Shown here piece after piece: positions 57,774-64,000 of a stretch of 64,000 bases of DNA. The position numbers and the translations under genes are program-made. Each line of letters opens with the position of its first letter. Position 1 is the stretch's first letter. The notes under the pieces were generated by a model. The model was not told the DNA's origin and ran no database searches. It saw only the letters and a program-made list of their open reading frames with translations. Origin of the DNA: Octopus vulgaris (taxonomy: Eukaryota); contig OX597832.1 in the NCBI GenBank assembly GCA_951406725.2, positions 32,860,001 through 32,924,000 of the forward strand, in the 5' to 3' direction.

Positions 57774-58638
57774 AAAGATGTAGCACAACGACTTTATTTG
57801 TTTTTCTTTTTTTACATAATTCTAAAAAAAGCGCCATATTTAGCAAATTTGTTAAATAGATTATTAAAATTTGGCAACTCTGTCTACAAATTCTGCACGT
57901 CTCTGAAACTTCCTTAGTATTCTTCAGTGAAATTCTCATTTGATTCCAGACCATTCATTGCCGCTATTAACAATTCATTTTAGACGGTACCAGTCAATAC
58001 TGCGCTATTAATAGTAAGTTCGTCTGGCAGAATCATTTCATGTTTTCTTTGTCTGAGATATTCAAATGTATAAATAAGATTTATGGTATCGTCAGACAAA
58101 TCTTTTCCTTTGCATCGCAGTTCTTCATCATCCCATATCGAACCGACATTTGCGTGCTTATGGCGTTGTAAGTTTCGTCTTAAATTATGCTTGTTCTGTT
58201 AGATATTCTATAAAGATGAGTGTTTTAGATTGATGAGAGCCAAACATAACTATAATAAGGAAGTTGCAGAATATTTGGTGGAGCCACGATCGGTGTTACG
58301 AAACAAAATACCGAGTAAAATATATTTTCTAAGCCTATGTTGTGCTTGGTGTACATCACGTTCGAATCGCACCGAAGCTGATCACATGACCCCTCGTATC
58401 AGTTCTATTAAAGTAATTATGTAGAGAGAAATTGGAGAATAGAAATTGGAGAGATTTGGATAGCAATATATATATACACACACGCACACACAAACACACA
58501 CGCACATGCACACACATACACACACATATACGAGGAGTGTTGGTTGTAAGGGAGGCGCAAAAGGTCTCGTTGTTGTCTCAAACTTCCGAGTTCCTTTACA
58601 GGGCTTAGAAAACTAAAGTACCACAACAATGAATCTGA

Positions 58639-58722
58639 TAAGGGTGTATATTGGAAAAGATCTTAACTGATCATTCTGTATTTTATTCTACCCAAAGCCA
58701 ATAACTTTTCAGCACACCCTCA
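58639..58722. mobile_element. Possible ~84-bp mariner-type MITE
   Basis: Imperfect TIRs agggtgt...gaaaag / cttttcagcacaccct with TA nearby. Confidence 0.45.
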
Positions 58723-58830
58723 TATATGTAGATACTCATATATACGTATATTTCTATATATGTATACTTGTATGTATGCATGTATGTATGTATTCACGGA
58801 CATACATGCACTGATATGAAGAGATAAATA

Positions 58831-59604
58831 TTATGTTATCAGAAAGTTCTTGCGGTTTTTAACCTGCAAATTCAGATGCACATCTCTCGGCTCAAACAAA
58901 TTTATGAATCGGAATGAACACGATCAGAATCAACACACTTTTGCCAACGTGAAACAAGTTTATTTATGCCAGTAGCGTAAAAATCATGCGTTCTGGTGAC
59001 GATGAAGTCATTGAAACTGTGTTTGGCATCGTTTTGGTTTTTTTAAGCATTTCTCAAGCAGGAAGTTATCGAGATGCTTCAGAAATTGGTAGTCGGTTTG
59101 TGAGAAGGCTGGTGAGTATGGCGGATGAGGCGTAGCTTCGTAGCCCAATTCGTTCAACTTCTGCAGGGTCAGTTGTGCGACGTGCGGCCGAGCGTTTTGT
59201 GGAGAAGAATTGGTCCTTTTCTATCGTTGTCAACATCCGATGGCCTACCACTACGCTTATCATCTTCAACACCCATCACCGCTACCAAATTTCGTGAACC
59301 ACCATTGTACTCTACGTTTATTAGTGGCTCCTGGGCCAAACGCATCGTTGATATCGCGAGCTGTTTCAGTAGCTTTCCGGTCTAGCTTGAACTAGAATAA
59401 GAAAATTGTGCGAATTTGTTTTTTTGCCCATGCTGTATTGAACGTTCCGGAAAAAATGGCCGAAGTGTAACACAATTAGATAGATCGGAAAACGAGCTTT
59501 AAAATGATATATAAAGTCAAAGTAATTAAACGAAAATTAATTTGAAAATACATAATTTAAAACCAAAATTAAAAATTCCGCAAGAACTTTCTTGACCACT
59601 TAAT
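58831..59604 (-). mobile_element. Internally deleted Hsmar1-like (cecropia-type) mariner
   Basis: TIRs agaaagttcttgcgg at both ends; MGKKQIRTIFLF...ETARDINDAFGPG...VQWWFTKF joined to ELGYEASPHPPYSP...TDYQFLKHLDNFL...GINKLVSRWQKCVD; central catalytic region missing. Confidence 0.92.
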
Positions 59605-60334
59605 AATTGGCTGGCTAGACTGATAGAAACTGATGTTTGTATTTATGATGCAACAAAAACGATTTCAAACTAACAAGTAAAACTCAATACATTTGGAGTA
59701 GTGCAAAGTAATTATTTTTTAACAGGAAAAGCATTGGCAGTGACTTTGAAGTTTCCGTCAGCAAAGCCAATATCGGTCTGCAATATATTTGATTTTATTC
59801 TGGCTTTATGTAGTCTCAGATGAAGCTGAGTATTATTGAATGTTGTTTAGTAGGCTGTGTTGTAACGCGTGATGGAAAAATCGATTGAATTTGAGCACGT
59901 ACTATTGTTTAAAATTTATTTCATGCATGTAGAACTTTATAATCATGTGCGTATATTTACGGGTGGCATCTTAAGGTCATATTCGCCCAGAACAACTTGT
60001 AAGTAGGCTGTTTGATATTCATGAGACATTTGTGAAGTTTAAATCTGAGAGGCTAGTCCAGCATTTTAATCTCTGGAATTAGGTTTGTTTTCTCGCAATG
60101 TCAGTCTTCAGGTAATGAAATTCTCACTAAAGTTCTTTCAACCGCTGCGACTTGAAGGGAAGAAGAGATCTCAGCCTACACTGGAAAAATTGAACTTCAG
60201 ACAGAATGAAGGCTAAGCAGGCCGAAAGTTAAAGTCACTGAAAATGTTTTTATTGAAGAATAATAGAAATATTGACACACAGATAGATAGAGATAGATAT
60301 ATAGACAGACATACATACAGACAGACAGACAGAC

Positions 60335-60417
<83 letters not shown>

Positions 60418-60496
60418 TAGATAGATAGATAAGAAAATTTATTTACTTCAAAAATAAAACATCATGACAGATGTATGCATGTCTGTATGTATGTAC

Positions 60497-60534
<38 letters not shown>

Positions 60535-60699
60535 GCTTATGTGCATGTATATGTATACTTATGTGCGTGTGTGTACGTATGAGTGGGTGTGTGCTAATCG
60601 GTTTAAATTCTAAGATAACGATTAAAGGCAAGAGATATTTGTGATGTAAGGCTGAATTCAGAGATTGGGTCAATGACTCATTGTTTCGTGTGTATGTTT

Positions 60700-60925
60700 G
60701 TGTGTGTGTCTGTGTGTGTGTGTTAGTCCCTCAGCATCGCTTGATAACTTGTGCTGGTGTTTTTACATGCACATAACTTAGGTGTTCCATAAAAGAGAAC
60801 TTTAGAATAAAATAGGAGACTGAAAACCGAAGCACTGGAGTTGGTTCGTTAGACTAGAAATTCTTCAAGGCGCTGTGCCAGGAGGGCTCCAGTCCTTAAT
60901 GACCGACAAAATTGATAAAAACGAT
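60700..60925 (+). mobile_element. SINE family A 3' part
   Basis: catcgcttgataac...gctggtgtttttac...cagtccttaatgaccg. Confidence 0.7.
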
Positions 60926-61038
60926 AAAAACGATAACCGATATCAATATTTATATATGAATGAATGTGTGTGCGTGTCTGTGTGTGTGTGTGAAAATATA
61001 TATGCAAATATATATATATATATGTGTGTGTGTGTGTT

Positions 61039-61200
<162 letters not shown>

Positions 61201-61871
61201 CACATACACACACATGCACACACACTGAAGGAGAGAGTGTAGATAAGTGCAGATAATCCAATAAGAAAAATAGGAGACAATTACCAATTTTACAAGCAAA
61301 TTCTTTCTGATTGGAGGATTTTAATTCCTTGACACAACGAAAATCCACAAATGCTGTCTTCATATTGATTACCATTTCTGCTACACTCAATCTGTTTCTC
61401 TTGTCCGTTATTAACATTGCATCACTTTTAATACATATTTAACGATTGAAATATCCAATGCTTTCCTAAAGACGACTAAATCTAGATGATATCTGACATT
61501 TACTAGTAACTAACAATGACATTGCATGACTTTACGATCCATCACTAGTTGCCGGAGTGACTGAGATATATGGAAGCATCTAAGTGGAAACATGGTGTAT
61601 TAAGTGTCTGGAAACCAGCAGATATCTGGCATCATTTTCGTGGAATTTAACACCTTTGTTTAAACTAATATATTGTTACAAAATATTTAATTAAAGAACA
61701 TTAGGTAACATGTGACCATTAAGTGGTTCAAAACTTTGTGACATTCGTAATGGCGTAAAATCGTCCATGCCATATCTTGGCATATATACGCAATGAGTAC
61801 AAGATTTAACAGAGATTTATCAACATGCCGAATATATATTGAGAGGGAGAGAAAAAGTGATGTGTACATGC

Positions 61872-61920
<49 letters not shown>

Positions 61921-63877
61921 CATTTTTATATATAGATATATGTGTGTGTGTGTATCAGGTGTTCATATATTTATATGTATATGAATATGTATATATGTGC
62001 ATTTATCTATTTATTTAAAGATAAAGGCCAAAACACACACACTCATACACAAATTAACACACGCATGCACTCACAGACACACATGTATAGGGATATATAT
62101 ATATATATATATATAAATGTAAGAACTAAATATAATCACAGGAAGAACCCATATGTACAAGCATATAGACATTTGTATATATTCCCAATGAACTTTACTT
62201 TTACGTAGTGTATGAAAATAGAAAACCTAAGGAAAGATTGAATATTTTTTTACTCCACAGCTGTTTCTGGTAACTCGGGATTACTTAGTAGTTGCAATGT
62301 TCCTAATTAACAGATTCAACGGGCAAAAAAAACATGAATATGTAACCAGCAGATAGATGTGATGAGCCGTAACACAGGGTTCTTTTTTCAAGAGGGAAGA
62401 TTGGTAAATAGCAGTTCACGTCGTGGTGCGCGAGATTTAAAGATTAGATGAGAGAAGAGGTAGTGAGGAGTGATGGGCAGGGGAGGGGGGATGCAGGCGG
62501 CTTATAGTGGGAGAGTGGATCAAGAAGTGATAAGAAATACAAGGCCGGGAGGCTGAGATGTGTAATCGGGAGATCGATTGTCAGAAGTGGAGGAGAGTAG
62601 GTAATATAGGTTAGTATTATGAAAGGAGGCTTCGTTGGTCGGGCATGTCGTTAAGCAGATACGGATCGTCGACGCTTTTGAAAACTATAAGAGATGGGGA
62701 AAAATACGTAGTGAATGAGAAGGTGCAACGGAGGAGGAGAGCTGCTGCTATAAGGAGAGATTTACGAGAACGGGAAGGGACAGATTCGGTGGTTTGTATA
62801 ACTTCCAATTCCAAATTTGGGGGCTAGAACTTCCACGATCTTCGATATGTATATTACTGCATATCTCTCATACGTCTCCAGAGAATAGAGATTTTGTTCT
62901 TTTAGTATCTCCTAGTAGCTCATCTGTCTCACCAAGTCGATTTTCTTTGTGTAGTAGCGCTCCATTGCCTCACATTCCGCCACCAGATTCACATACAATT
63001 TTTTAAAAATAAAAACAGAAGCTTGAATTTTTAAGATACGAAGGTATTTTAAGTACCATCGATGATACTAACGATTTAAGTACCATAGATGTAATATATA
63101 ATCTAACCTTAAATTTCAAAATGTAGCTAATGAAATCATGATCACAATCACATCATGACACAGTATTCTATTCTAACATAATTTAATCCCATAATCATAT
63201 TCCTGAACCTCATTATTGCTATACTAAATAGTCCATATGATACCGCTTATAACGGCTGCATGGTATTTACATGTTATGTTAATGCTGTTTGTAGGCATAC
63301 TCATATCATTCATTGTGTTTTTTTTTCTTTAAATATGAATAAAATCTATTTAGTTTTGAAATTCAATCCAAATTCCAGGAGATGCACCTATTACGTGGGA
63401 ACACCGCATTTGAATCCATCCGATATTTAGCGGTATTTACCTCTCGTAAAGAAATTCTATAACTGCGATTACACTCCATTACTCTCATGTATAGATTAAT
63501 AAAACATGCTTAAGTAATTAATCATTTGATTAATTATCTGATTTATTATTATTTTACTATGCTGGTAATTACCTTAGTGCATTGGAAAATAATTAGTTTC
63601 TATTCTGAATTAATTAAATTCTATAAACCAAACGCTTAGAAAGCCAAGAAAACAAAATGTGATGTTTTTTGAATAGTGTATGATAATGAATAAATCGTTC
63701 ACAGCAGCTAAATATCATATCTCCGAATATACTCACGCAATTTCTGTTTAAGATCCGTCAGATTAATCATTTAAGCCTATTATAAATGTATCAGGCGTTT
63801 GTTGGAATTATGAGTGCTTGATTCTTTTAGTTTTTCTTTATCCTTATGAATATGTGTAATGTTTTAACATTGGAAAC

Positions 63878-64000
63878 ATGTGGCAATGTGGTAAGGAGTT
63901 CCATTCCTAACCACATGATTCCGCGTTCAGTGATACATTAAAGGAGGATGTTCTATGGCATCAGAAGGACCGAAACCCTCTGAGCGAATTTGGGAGACGA
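63878..64000 (+). mobile_element. Degenerate SINE family A head
   Basis: gtggcaatgtggtaagg...aaccacatgattccgcgttcagt...gaccgaaacc. Confidence 0.65.

Noticed and set aside
60078-60118. Minus-strand CTGAAGA...GAAA
   Set aside because: The intervening sequence cannot form stem II.

Overview
AT-rich, microsatellite-saturated eukaryotic genomic DNA. The tRNA-derived SINE families and repeat style point to an octopus or other cephalopod genome (inference). No intact protein-coding gene is visible; almost all ORF-track entries are translated (TA)n/(CA)n/(TATC)n repeats. Recognisable content: four decayed or deleted mariner transposons plus two tiny MITEs, 5'-truncated LINE ends (RTE-like, R4/Dong-like in (AAT)n, Tx1/L1-like in (TATC)n), and many copies of three SINE families. 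The main signal is at least eight short fold-back, tandem or single insertions of mostly unrelated sequence, mostly within (TA)n tracts. Each carries a minimal type-I hammerhead ribozyme motif (stem I - CUGANGA - stem II - GAAA - palindromic stem III - UH - stem I'), as known for Penelope-like element pseudo-LTRs and animal retrozymes. They include a ~358-bp retrozyme-like tandem-plus-inverted array and natural core variants (U3-A8 compensated, U3.G8, C4, G3). A few minus-strand exon candidates with loose cadherin-like character may belong to a large host gene (low confidence).
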